Positions 28,063 through 37,132 of a DNA stretch of 64,000 nt are shown here, one piece after another. Below the pieces are notes generated by a model, which ran no database searches, had not been told where the DNA came from, and saw nothing but the letters and a program-made list of their open reading frames with translations. The stretch comes from an archaeon (GTDB lineage Archaea > B1Sed10-29 > JAJSAI01). The stretch lies in NCBI GenBank assembly GCA_024274695.1, contig JAJSAI010000019.1, forward strand, positions 23,265 through 87,264. Direction: 5' to 3'. Within the stretch, counting starts at the first letter, position 1. Each line of letters begins with the position of its first letter. The position numbers were made by a program, and so were the translations under genes.

Positions 28063-28844
28063 ACGGTGGTGTGCAGCGTAAACCTTGGAGTGGTCGCGTC
28101 TGAATACGCCATCGCCATGAACAGGATCACGAAACTCACTATCCAGAAGAGCAAGTTTCCTCCTGCGAACAGGCTTGACAGCAGGCTTATGAAAAAGAAC
28201 CTTTTCAGCATCTCCCCGAGGTCCAGGAAGAACAGGGACCTTCCGGAGTACTCCGTGCTAACCCCTGGAAGGATCTCGCTTTCCGCGGCCCCGGTGTCGA
28301 ACTGGGTTACCTTGCTTTCCACGAGGGCCACGGCTATCAGGGCAACGGCTGACGGGACCAGTCCCAGAATGCTCAGGTCCTTTATTCCTGCAAGCGTGAT
28401 CGTGCTAGAGTACACGACGAACGAGATGATCGCGGCGGCGAGGGCCGTCTCGTATATTATCATGAGCCTCATTTCCCTCATGCTGGCGAGCATGCCGTAG
28501 GGGGAGTCAGAGCTTATTCCCGCGAGCACGTAAAAAGCGCTTGAGAGCACGGTCACGTACAATAGGAAAATGAAGTCGTACGGGAAAGAAATCACCTGGA
28601 ACGGGACCAGCATCAGTCCCACGAAAAGGGTGGTGCAGTACATGAATGGCGAGATCATGAAGAACCAGTCGTTCTTGGTCGGGATCCTCTTCTTTGCCCA
28701 GAGTTTCCTGAGATCGTAAAAAGGTTGTACTACGGGAGGGCCTCTCCTGCTCTGCATTCTCGCGATCACCTTGCGGTACACCCCGTCAGCGAGGACCGCG
28801 AGGAAAGGGGATGCAACCCAGAGCACCAGGTTCAGCCAGGGCAC
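27987..28844 (-). CDS. Group-4 hydrogenase membrane subunit (NuoH/EchB-like).
   Basis: 285 aa with about 8 TM and a NuoH-like profile. 13-nt overlap with the large subunit. Confidence 0.7.
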   Translation of the reverse strand: MPWLNLVLWVASPFLAVLADGVYRKVIARMQSRRGPPVVQPFYDLRKLWAKKRIPTKNDWFFMISPFMYCTTLFVGLMLVPFQVISFPYDFIFLLYVTVLSSAFYVLAGISSDSPYGMLASMREMRLMIIYETALAAAIISFVVYSSTITLAGIKDLSILGLVPSAVALIAVALVESKVTQFDTGAAESEILPGVSTEYSGRSLFFLDLGEMLKRFFFISLLSSLFAGGNLLFWIVSFVILFMAMAYSDATTPRFTLHTTVWYVLAAFFVAVIDLMRVLWVGSWA

Positions 28845-29989
28845 GAGTACTTCCTCCTGAACTCTTTTTCCCTGAGCTCTTCAACCCTGCCGTTCTTTTC
28901 TACAAGGACTCTTTCAAGGCAGGAGAAGCAGGGGTCAAGGGACGCTACTATGACGGGCACGTCTCCTACGACCATGCCTGGAAGCAGTTCTTCAAGGATC
29001 TTCATGTAAGAAAAGCTGGGTGTTCTTATCTTCGCTCTCTCCACCCTGTTGTTCTTGAACCTTAGGTAGTAGAAGAGCTCTCCTCTCGGCGCTTCCACCC
29101 GGGCGTGACCCTCTCCCTCAACCCTGGAAAGAGAGTGGGGAGGGATCTTCTCGTCCGGGAGTCCTGAGAGCACGCGTTCTACTATCCTCGCGGATTCCAT
29201 GACCTCCGTGAGCCTGACCTTCAGCCTTTCCAGCGCGTCCCCCCTCTTCCCGGCCGCCATTTCAAAGTCTATCCTGGAGTACCAGTCGTACGGGTCTATC
29301 TTACGGGTGTCTATCCTCACTCCTGACGCCCGGGCTATGGGGCCTGTCAGCCCCCATTCCAAGGCCATGCTCTTCGGGATCGTTCCAACGTTCTTGAGCC
29401 TTGACACGACAACTTCTTCCTTCATGCAGTCGTTGTAGTAATCTCTGGTTTTCCTTGCCACGCTCCGAACCTGCTGTAGTATGAACTCGGGATCCTCTTC
29501 TTCCATGTCGTACCGCAGTGTTCTTATCTTGTTAATGTTATGATGGACCCTGCCCCCGGTTATTTTTTCAAAGCAGTCAAGCACCTTTTCTCTTTCCCTC
29601 CAGAAGTAGTTGAAAAGGGTTTCAAGGCCTATCTCGTGCATCATGAACCCTGCCCAGAGAAGGTGGCTCTGCATCCTCTCAAGCTCGAACAGCACTGTCC
29701 GGATGGCCTTCACTCTTTCAGGAGCATCGTACCCGAGAATGTTTTCCACCGTGCGCACGTACGCCCTCTCGTGAGTAATACTGCATATACCGCATACCCT
29801 TGAAGCAACGTACAGGGCCTGGTCAGGGTTTTTCCCCTCCAGCAGGTACTCTATCCCCCTGTGAGTGTACCCCGTTACCATCCTGACCTTCTGGACCTCC
29901 TCTCCCTCAAGGCAGACCTTGAGGAGTATGGGCTCTTTTATCGCAGGGCTCTGTGGCCCGACGGGCATTACGAAGTCATGCACTCTCAT
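28832..29989 (-). CDS. [NiFe]-hydrogenase large (catalytic) subunit, group 4.
   Basis: N-terminal Ni-binding RVCGICSITHE and C-terminal DPCFSCLER. As in E. coli HycE, the maturation protease would cleave after the Arg, removing about a 25-aa tail. The Cys pairs are present, so this is a true hydrogenase rather than NuoD or Ehr. Confidence 0.85.
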   Translation of the reverse strand: MRVHDFVMPVGPQSPAIKEPILLKVCLEGEEVQKVRMVTGYTHRGIEYLLEGKNPDQALYVASRVCGICSITHERAYVRTVENILGYDAPERVKAIRTVLFELERMQSHLLWAGFMMHEIGLETLFNYFWREREKVLDCFEKITGGRVHHNINKIRTLRYDMEEEDPEFILQQVRSVARKTRDYYNDCMKEEVVVSRLKNVGTIPKSMALEWGLTGPIARASGVRIDTRKIDPYDWYSRIDFEMAAGKRGDALERLKVRLTEVMESARIVERVLSGLPDEKIPPHSLSRVEGEGHARVEAPRGELFYYLRFKNNRVERAKIRTPSFSYMKILEELLPGMVVGDVPVIVASLDPCFSCLERVLVEKNGRVEELREKEFRRKYSCPG

Positions 29990-30293
29990 CCCTCCTCATG
30001 GGCGGCTTGCCCTTCCAGTCCTCGGGCAGGAAGAGTTTCAGGTGCAGGTTCTTGTTGCCCTCGAACTCAACCCCGTAAAAGTCGTGGATCTCCCTCTCAT
30101 AGAAGTCCGCGGGAGGAAACTCTTCCGCCAGGCTTTCCACGACCGGGGACTCTTTAGGCACCCTCAGTTCCTTGAAGAAAATGTTGTGATCCTTCCCGTC
30201 AAAGTAGTACCTCAGCCTGAACTCCTCCCCCATGTCGTCGCACACTATCGCGATAAGCCTGTTATCCTTTAGAAGCTCTTTCAAGAACCTCAA
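29976..30293 (-). CDS. NuoC/EchD-like subunit.
   Basis: FPPADFYEREIHDFYGVEFEGN matches the NuoC 30-kDa subunit signature. Confidence 0.7.
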   Translation of the reverse strand: MRFLKELLKDNRLIAIVCDDMGEEFRLRYYFDGKDHNIFFKELRVPKESPVVESLAEEFPPADFYEREIHDFYGVEFEGNKNLHLKLFLPEDWKGKPPMRRDESA

Positions 30294-30678
30294 CCCCCTT
30301 TAGTATGCCGTCTATTACAGCTTCCGGTCGCGGCGGGCATCCTGGGACGTACACGTCCACGGGTATTATCCTGTCCAATGGCCCCGCGTGATTGTACGAT
30401 TCCGCGAAAGGCCCGCCTGACACCGCGCACGCTCCCACAGCCACCACCACCTTCGGGCTTGCCATCTGGTCGTACACCGTTCTTATCCTGTCAGCGTTTT
30501 TCTTGTTTACCATCCCCTCCACCACGAGGATGTCAGCATTCCTCGGGCTGTGCTTTATCACTATCCCGAGCCTTTCCACGTCGTACCTGGGCGTGGCCAC
30601 GGCGAGCACTTCAAGATTGCACCCGTTACAGCCAGCCCCGTGGAACACGAACACCCACGGAGATTTTTTGAAAGTCAT
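30262..30678 (-). CDS. [NiFe]-hydrogenase small subunit (NuoB/EchC-like, proximal 4Fe-4S cluster).
   Basis: GCNGC, GACAVSGGP and CPPRPE cluster ligands. The true start is MTFKK at 30676-30678, and it overlaps the upstream microprotein stop as ATGA. Confidence 0.85.
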   Translation of the reverse strand: MTFKKSPWVFVFHGAGCNGCNLEVLAVATPRYDVERLGIVIKHSPRNADILVVEGMVNKKNADRIRTVYDQMASPKVVVAVGACAVSGGPFAESYNHAGPLDRIIPVDVYVPGCPPRPEAVIDGILKGVEVLERASKG

Positions 30679-30830
30679 ACGAGCATCACCGAGATGGAGA
30701 GTACTGCCAGCGAGATGAGCACTGCCGCGAGCTCCCATGGCTCGAAGAACGCTTCATAGCTCTCCGGAAGCACTCTGCCAACATCCCTCTCCCCTCCGAG
30801 GTATACTGTGACCTTCTCTTTTCCGTTCAT
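30675..30830 (-). CDS. 51-aa single-TM microprotein inside the hydrogenase operon. It is not in the ORF track as a separate gene.
   Basis: My own translation gives MNGKEKVTVYLGGERDVGRVLPESYEAFFEPWELAAVLISLAVLSISVMLV. Its ATG overlaps the upstream gene's TGA, and its TGA overlaps the small-subunit ATG (ATGA at both ends). Confidence 0.45.
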   Translation of the reverse strand: MNGKEKVTVYLGGERDVGRVLPESYEAFFEPWELAAVLISLAVLSISVMLV

Positions 30831-31693
30831 GTCATCAGCCCCAGGATGGTCTCCTGCAGCCAGGGGAACACGCCTAAGAGTATGACTGCTGCCGCCAGCG
30901 CGCCCGCGAACGCGAGGCGCGCTCTGTCTTCCTTTTTCCGTCTCCCCGGGCCTGCCAGCAGGTAGTACGCCACCTTGTAGTACATTATGAACAGCATCAT
31001 GGCAAGGAATATTCCAAGAAGTGTTATAAGCGGGTCCATCGCGAACCCTTTCGTGAAAAGAATCCACTCAGAGACGAAGATGTTGAACCCGGGAAGTCCT
31101 GCCAGGGAAAGGCAGGCTATTACAGTGAACAGGTCCGCCCACCTGCTCACGAACCAGCTTCCCATAAGGTCGCTCAGCCTCTCCTTCCTACGCGCGACCA
31201 TTCCAATTCCCAGGAACAAGAGGGATCCTGCGATCGTGTAGTCGAACACTTGTATCGTCTTCAAGAGGCCAGGGTCTGCTGACGCGAACGCAACACTCAG
31301 ATCAAGGGCCACGAAACCTATCTGCGCGAGGCTGCTTGCCGCCAGGAACCTGTACATCCGCGGCTCAAGGATACCGTACACCGCAAGCCCTCCTATGCCG
31401 AGAGCGAACAGTATCGCGAGCTGCTTTGACCCTGGGAGCAGCCCGTGCTCGTAGTACCAGAGGAGAGAGCTTGACACCAGTACAGCGGAGAGCATGTTAG
31501 CGTGCGCGAAAACAGAATAAGATCTTATTCTCGGGGACGCTATCACGATCCCCAGCGCCAGGACTCCTGCAGGAGAGTCCATCAGGAGCAGGGCCGCAGC
31601 AGAAGAGGCGAGTATCACTACTGCCTCCTTTTTCCCGCGCGCCAGCAGGAGGCTTGCGACCGTGACCAGTCCTGTGAGGAACGTCCAGAGCAT
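30827..31693 (-). CDS. Truncated NuoN/MrpD-like antiporter-type membrane subunit (C-terminal half only).
   Basis: SLAQIGFVALDLS resembles the SIAHMG..LLG signature. LSLAGLPGFNIFVSEW resembles the LSLAGIPPLAGF motif of NuoL/M/N. At 288 aa it is about half of a normal antiporter subunit. Confidence 0.55.
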   Translation of the reverse strand: MLWTFLTGLVTVASLLLARGKKEAVVILASSAAALLLMDSPAGVLALGIVIASPRIRSYSVFAHANMLSAVLVSSSLLWYYEHGLLPGSKQLAILFALGIGGLAVYGILEPRMYRFLAASSLAQIGFVALDLSVAFASADPGLLKTIQVFDYTIAGSLLFLGIGMVARRKERLSDLMGSWFVSRWADLFTVIACLSLAGLPGFNIFVSEWILFTKGFAMDPLITLLGIFLAMMLFIMYYKVAYYLLAGPGRRKKEDRARLAFAGALAAAVILLGVFPWLQETILGLMT

Positions 31694-31745
31694 GCTATAA
31701 GAGGAAGGGCAGGCTGGTTAATAATGCTTTAGGGTTTTTCTGGTC

Positions 31746-33029
31746 TCACGGGTAGTACCTGTTCACGGTCCTTGGGAAGGGCACTACGTCACGAATGTGG
31801 GGCAGGTCCAGAATCCACTTCAGTGTTCTCTCGGTCCCTAGCCCGAAGCCAGAGTGGGGCACTGACCCGTACCTCCTGAGGTCAACGTACCACTCGTACG
31901 CTTTCGGGTCAAGCCCGAACTCTTTTATCTTTTTCTCCAAAAGGTCCTTATCCCATATCCTCTCACTGCCTCCTATTATCTCCCCGTGCCCCTTCGGGGC
32001 CAGCATGTCCGCTGCCTTTACCTTGCCAGGATTCTTCTCGTCAGGCTGCATGTAGAATGCCTTCATGTCCTCTGGGAACGAGTGAATGAACAGGGGCTTG
32101 TCCAGGTCTTTGGTCAAGGCTTCTTCGTGTGGTGCTCCGGGGTCGTCCCCGTACTCTATGTCAAACCCTTTCTTCTGAAGCTCTTCTATGGCCTCGTCGT
32201 AGGACATTCTCGGGAAGGGAGGCTCGACCTTCTTTAGATCAGCAGGATCCCTGCCGAAGTACTCGAGCAGCGCTTTCTCGTTCTCCGCCATCTTCTGGCA
32301 AACGTAGGAGATCATTCTCTCCTGGAAGTCCATGTTCTTCTCCTGGTCCCACCACGCCATTTCAGCCTCAAGATGCCAGTACTCTGTCAGGTGTTTGGAA
32401 GTGTGGCTCTTTTCTGCCCTGAAGCTGGGCGTCAGGGAGTACACTTTTTCCAGGGAGAATATGAGCGCTTCCAGGTAAAGCTGGGCGCTCTGTGACAAGT
32501 AAACCTTTTTCCCGAAGTAGGGGACTTCGAAAAGGGTAGCACCTCCTTCCGCTCCCGCGACAGTGAATATGGGTGGGAACACCTCATGGAACCCTTCCTT
32601 TTCGAAGAACTCCCTGAAGTACTTCATCATCTTCTCCCTGGCTATCATCGCCCTTGTGATCTTCTGGGCCCTCACGCTCAAGTGCCGCACGTCCATCAAG
32701 AACTCGGTGGACTGGTCCTTTGTTATCACGAAAGGCTCTCTGTTGCACACTACCTCAAGCTTCTCTGCTTTCAGCTCCGCGCCCCCAGGAGCCCTCTCGT
32801 CAGGCCTGACCTCTCCTTCTATTATCACGCTCGATTCTATGTACAGGTCAGACGCCTTCTGGAAGTCCGGGTTATCAGGCTTGAAAACGCACTGTATCAC
32901 TCCTGTGGAGTCCCTTAGCAGCACGAACACCGCGTTCTTGGTGACCCTGTGCCTGTACACCCATCCCCTTAGCCTGAACCCGCCCTGCTTTTTTTCAAGG
33001 GCCTCCTGGACGCTGGCGAAGGATTCCAT
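31746..33029 (-). CDS. asnS: Asparaginyl-tRNA synthetase (class IIb; AspRS not fully excluded).
   Basis: FRAEKSHTSKHLTEYWHLEAEMAW class-II motif 2 region, GGSER..., GFGLGTERTLKWI motif 3. Confidence 0.75.
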   Translation of the reverse strand: MESFASVQEALEKKQGGFRLRGWVYRHRVTKNAVFVLLRDSTGVIQCVFKPDNPDFQKASDLYIESSVIIEGEVRPDERAPGGAELKAEKLEVVCNREPFVITKDQSTEFLMDVRHLSVRAQKITRAMIAREKMMKYFREFFEKEGFHEVFPPIFTVAGAEGGATLFEVPYFGKKVYLSQSAQLYLEALIFSLEKVYSLTPSFRAEKSHTSKHLTEYWHLEAEMAWWDQEKNMDFQERMISYVCQKMAENEKALLEYFGRDPADLKKVEPPFPRMSYDEAIEELQKKGFDIEYGDDPGAPHEEALTKDLDKPLFIHSFPEDMKAFYMQPDEKNPGKVKAADMLAPKGHGEIIGGSERIWDKDLLEKKIKEFGLDPKAYEWYVDLRRYGSVPHSGFGLGTERTLKWILDLPHIRDVVPFPRTVNRYYP

Positions 33030-33071
33030 GGATCATTATACCCTGTCACGTTTTAAAACACTTGCCTGTTC

Positions 33072-33353
33072 CTACCACACCTGCGCGCTCGGGGGGAACA
33101 CGAGGCCAGCCAGAACGCTCGCCAGCACAATAACCCTGAGAACCAGCCTAAGCTTTTTACCTATTCTCGCAGGACTCTCTTGGGTTCTTGCGCTCAAGAG
33201 TTCGTCGAACTCTATGACTGCTATCATGACCGGGTACACTATCCTCTGGAACCCGAGAATCCAGTCCCCCACGGTCCTCGTCCCGAGCAGCATGCTCCCG
33301 AGGATAACGCTTGGGATGACTGAGAACAGGAGAACAAGCACCCCGGTTACCAC
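33072..33353 (-). CDS. Small membrane protein (93 aa). Could be the frameshifted tail of the upstream ORF.
   Basis: Hydrophobic ORF with a GTG start, offset by 1 nt from the preceding ORF's frame. Confidence 0.3.
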   Translation of the reverse strand: MVTGVLVLLFSVIPSVILGSMLLGTRTVGDWILGFQRIVYPVMIAVIEFDELLSARTQESPARIGKKLRLVLRVIVLASVLAGLVFPPSAQVW

Positions 33354-33754
33354 CAGGCTCTTAAGGTCCCTCGCCAGGGTTTCACGTTCTTCTCGGCCAG
33401 CACGCTGGCCTGGTCCACAGCCAGGTACACGATCCCCAGGGAAGTGCCGATGCTAAACCCCAGCGTTCTCGGGACGAAGGTAAAGAAAAGCTCGGGCCCG
33501 AAGAGGAAAAGGGTGAACACCGTGTTAAGGTAGGAGAAGATCTTCAAAAGGCCCGCTGGATCAGGCCTGCTGCCGTTAGCGTACCAGTCCAGGGCCTTCA
33601 GCCCTGCCGCGATAACACCGCAAGCCATGAGGCCCGTGTAGTAGAATCCTGTGATCCAGTAGACGCGCGATGAATGCTTTACTAGTTCGGCCAGCCCGAC
33701 GAGAAGGGTGTTCCAAGCCAGTAACAGCAGAACCCTTTCAGCCCTCGTGTTCAT
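33347..33754 (-). CDS. Small 4-TM membrane protein.
   Basis: 135-aa hydrophobic ORF. The GTG start of the next ORF abuts its TAA. Confidence 0.35.
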   Translation of the reverse strand: MNTRAERVLLLLAWNTLLVGLAELVKHSSRVYWITGFYYTGLMACGVIAAGLKALDWYANGSRPDPAGLLKIFSYLNTVFTLFLFGPELFFTFVPRTLGFSIGTSLGIVYLAVDQASVLAEKNVKPWRGTLRAWW

Positions 33755-33760
33755 CCAGCA

Positions 33761-35653
33761 TTACCTTAGCCTGATGCTGTCAAGGTTCCTCGGGCTCATG
33801 GTTTCTACCCTGAACTTGTACCCGATGCTCCTCGCGAGGTTAAGGCACTTTGATTCTTCCCCGTGGACGGTCAGGACCCTTTCAGGCTTGGGGGTGAGTT
33901 TCTTGTAGAACCCGAGCAGCTGGTTATAGTCCGCGTGGCCTGAGAGCCCGTCTATTGTTTCTATCCTCATGTTTATCTTGTACTGTTTCAGCCTGCCGTT
34001 GTCCTCCAGCGCGACTTCTCTCGCTCCCCTTTGGATTTTCCTTCCAAGGCTTCCTTCCGCCTGGTATCCTGCGAACATGAGCGTGTTCCTCTCGTCCTCG
34101 GCAAGGTGCTTGAAGTATTCTATCACCGGGCCTCCTGACATCATTCCAGCAGGAGAGAGTATGATCGCTCTTCCCTCGTCTATTATGCTCTGTCTCTTCT
34201 TGGGGTCAACGTTCTGGAATACCGGAGAATCGAAAGGAGAGTCATCGTGCAGTATCCTCCTCTTGACGCTCTTTTTCAGGTACTCCGGGTACGCTGAGTG
34301 TATGGCGCTGGCTTCTTTTATCATCCCGTCAAGGTATACTGGGATGTCCCAGTCGTTCTCCCGGGATGCCTTTTCTATTATCAGCATTATCTCCTGCGCT
34401 CTTTCCACGGCAAAGCTGGGTATGAGGACGATGCCGTTCTTTTCTATTGTTTCCTTTACTATGTCAAGCATTTTCTTTTCTGCCACGTACCTTGGAGGGT
34501 GAACGTCCTTGTTACCCCCTCCGTACGTTGATTCTATTATCAGGGTTTCTATCCTCGGGTAGCTTACGTCAGCAGGGTCAAGGAGTTCGGTGTACCCGAA
34601 CTTCATGTCACCAGTGTACACGAGGTTGTGTGCGCCTTCTCCGACGTGCAGGTGGATTATGCTTGACCCGAGTATGTGTCCTGCGTTGTGCAGGGTGAGC
34701 CTTATGTCAGGGGCGATGTCCGTGACCTCCCCGTACTCTCTCGGGATGCAGTATTTTATCTCTTTTTTTATCTCCTTCTGCGAGTACGGAGCCTCTTCAG
34801 CGTTCCGGTACGCTATGTTAACGTAGTCTTTCTGGAGCAGGGCCATCACGTCCCTAGTTGCTGGAGTGCAGTACACTGGTCCCTTGTACCCGTACTGGAA
34901 CAAGTAGGGCAGGAACCCTGAGTGGTCAAGGTGGCCGTGAGAGATTATCACGGCGTCAAGCTCGTCCAGGGAAAAGTCTACGGAGCTCATGTAAGGGAAT
35001 GCTCTCTTGGGGTCGCTGGTGGCCACGTTCACGCCGCAGTCCAGCAGGACCTTGCTCTCAGGAGTTTCCAGCAAGAAGCAGCTTCTCCCAACTTCTCTTG
35101 CTCCTCCCAGTGCCGTGAGCCTTATCCACTCTGTCTTCTTCCCCTCGCGGTAGATGTTCTTCCCAACATTCTTCAGGAACTTTTTGATGTCCTTGCTCTC
35201 CTTGATGAGCGTGTTCCTTATTCCTTCCATCATGTCTGACTTTGCGGTGGGCACTCTCCAGAGTCTCGGGCTCCAGCCTGTTTCCTTTGTTATCTGCTTG
35301 AGCGTGGACCCTCTGGGGCCTATAACGAGCCCAAGCTTTTTGGCTTCTATCACGACCTCGTGGAACTCTGGCCTGAAGCTGATCCTGGTTATCTCTGCTT
35401 CGGGGGGAACGATTTCTCTTATCTTCTTTTCAGCCTTTTCAGGGTCTGCCAGAAGGCCTGCTGACGCCCTTAGTATAAAGTGCTTTTTGAGCTTGCTCGC
35501 AAGGCCCCTTATTATGCTCTCGTCGTTCATGAACTCTTCTATCTTGCTCGTATAGAGCACTATCTCCGGGCCTTCCACTTCTACCTTGTCCACCAGGCTC
35601 TTGTCAGGCAGACTTTCAAGTACCCTTTTCTCTATTTCCTTCGCAAAATCCAC
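33761..35653 (-). CDS. aCPSF1 (KH-domain beta-CASP ribonuclease / archaeal transcription termination factor FttA).
   Basis: N-terminal KH domains (VIGPRGSTLKQI), HGHLDHSG, beta-CASP, 630 aa. Confidence 0.85.
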   Translation of the reverse strand: MDFAKEIEKRVLESLPDKSLVDKVEVEGPEIVLYTSKIEEFMNDESIIRGLASKLKKHFILRASAGLLADPEKAEKKIREIVPPEAEITRISFRPEFHEVVIEAKKLGLVIGPRGSTLKQITKETGWSPRLWRVPTAKSDMMEGIRNTLIKESKDIKKFLKNVGKNIYREGKKTEWIRLTALGGAREVGRSCFLLETPESKVLLDCGVNVATSDPKRAFPYMSSVDFSLDELDAVIISHGHLDHSGFLPYLFQYGYKGPVYCTPATRDVMALLQKDYVNIAYRNAEEAPYSQKEIKKEIKYCIPREYGEVTDIAPDIRLTLHNAGHILGSSIIHLHVGEGAHNLVYTGDMKFGYTELLDPADVSYPRIETLIIESTYGGGNKDVHPPRYVAEKKMLDIVKETIEKNGIVLIPSFAVERAQEIMLIIEKASRENDWDIPVYLDGMIKEASAIHSAYPEYLKKSVKRRILHDDSPFDSPVFQNVDPKKRQSIIDEGRAIILSPAGMMSGGPVIEYFKHLAEDERNTLMFAGYQAEGSLGRKIQRGAREVALEDNGRLKQYKINMRIETIDGLSGHADYNQLLGFYKKLTPKPERVLTVHGEESKCLNLARSIGYKFRVETMSPRNLDSIRLR

Positions 35654-35663
35654 GGTTTCCTCC

Positions 35664-36293
35664 TCACAAGAGTTTTTCTATCTCGTGCTTTGTGAGCTTC
35701 CTGAACCCTTTCTCGTCTATCACGGCAATGTTTATTCCTTCTCCTGAAGCTGAGTCCCTTTGCATGGCAGCCCAGACAGCCTTGGCTGCTACTGGAAGAG
35801 CTTCCTTCACGGTGTACGTTTTCTTGTCCCTCAGCTTTTCTTCCAGCACACCGTAGGCCACAGGAGAACCTGAGCCGGTGCTCATGAAGCCTGCGGACAT
35901 TTTCCCGCCCGCAGCATCAATCTCGTACAAGGCGGGCCCGTTGTCATCATATCCGCCCATTAGTATCTCTACCCAGTAAGGGAAGTACTTTGACTCCTGC
36001 AGTATGTTCGCGAGAAGCGTTGACGCTGCCTCCACGGAGATCCTTTTTCTCTTCTGCTTCTCGTAGAGAGAGCAGTTAACTGACATTATCCTTGCGAGAC
36101 TCTGGTTGTCTCCCACAAGCCCTGCTGTTGTTATCGCGATGTGGGGCTGGATGGGCAGGATCTTTTCAACTTCCTTGTTTGCTATGAAGTGTCCCATGGT
36201 TGCTCTCATGTCAGCGGCGAGTATAACCCCGTCACTGCACTTTATTCCAACTGTAGTAGTACCAGTCTTGATTGAATCGCGCATGAAATCCAC
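35664..36293 (-). CDS. psmB: Proteasome beta subunit.
   Basis: Propeptide then TTTVGIKCSDGVILAADMRAT, with the catalytic Thr. Confidence 0.85.
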   Translation of the reverse strand: MDFMRDSIKTGTTTVGIKCSDGVILAADMRATMGHFIANKEVEKILPIQPHIAITTAGLVGDNQSLARIMSVNCSLYEKQKRKRISVEAASTLLANILQESKYFPYWVEILMGGYDDNGPALYEIDAAGGKMSAGFMSTGSGSPVAYGVLEEKLRDKKTYTVKEALPVAAKAVWAAMQRDSASGEGINIAVIDEKGFRKLTKHEIEKLL

Positions 36294-36409
36294 CTAAAAA
36301 TTTGGTGTTGTCTCTTGGGTGAGCTCTAACAGTTTTCCTGCAGTGAGTATTTAAAGGTTATGGTTTTGAGGGGTTTACGGTTATTGCCGTGGTCCTGTTC
36401 CCGCGCGCT

Positions 36410-37057
36410 TTAGTACTCTTCCACTATCCTGACCTTCTTTTTCTTCAAGTGCTTTTTGACGAGCTCCGCGAACAGCGCCTTTCTCACGTCAAGACTTCCA
36501 AGCTTTCTTGCTTCTTCTGGAAGGGTTATCTCCAGCACATCTCCCTCAATCTTCCAGCTTGGCTTGACTCCCGGAAACGCGAGCTCTGCCATTATCTTGA
36601 CCTTATCGTCGTCGGTCTCAGCCTTTTCAACCACCTTGACCCAGTACTCAACCTCTTTTCCAGCCAGCTCGTGGTTGAAGTCTATCTGGACCCTACCGCT
36701 TGACACGCTGAGCACTCTCGCCCTTCTTCCCTCTACTTCCACAGGCATTCCTGGGACGGGAGTGATATTGTTCTTTTTGAAAACACTCTCCGGCACGACT
36801 GTTATCAGGCTAGGATCTCTCTTGCCGAACGCTTTCTCAGGAGGAATCTTAACAGTCTTCTCCTCTCCCTTTTTCATTCCCTTCAAAGCCTCTTCAAGCC
36901 CAGGGATAACCTGCCCGTCGCCGACGATTACAGGGAGAGGCTCGTACTTTATCTTGTCAGAGTAGATGTTCTCCTTTTTCGCGACCTCTGCTATTGTCGT
37001 GTCGAACACTTTTCCATCCGCTTTTGCGGTAAAGTCTATTTTTACAAATTCTGCCAT
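36410..37057 (-). CDS. FKBP-type peptidyl-prolyl cis-trans isomerase (long archaeal type with IF domain).
   Basis: KVFDTT..., GDGQVIPGLEEALKGMKKGE FKBP core. Confidence 0.8.
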   Translation of the reverse strand: MAEFVKIDFTAKADGKVFDTTIAEVAKKENIYSDKIKYEPLPVIVGDGQVIPGLEEALKGMKKGEEKTVKIPPEKAFGKRDPSLITVVPESVFKKNNITPVPGMPVEVEGRRARVLSVSSGRVQIDFNHELAGKEVEYWVKVVEKAETDDDKVKIMAELAFPGVKPSWKIEGDVLEITLPEEARKLGSLDVRKALFAELVKKHLKKKKVRIVEEY

Positions 37058-37132
37058 GCTTGCAACCTCCGAAACGAATTTAATAAGCTTTCTTGTATAA
37101 CCTTCCTATCCTCACGTTTAAAAGGGTGTTGT

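Noticed and set aside
30675-31067. 130-aa ORF spanning the antiporter-like gene's 3' end
   Set aside because: Only the last 51 codons form a plausible gene. It starts at the ATG that overlaps the upstream stop. The upstream 79 codons overlap the real membrane gene in another frame.
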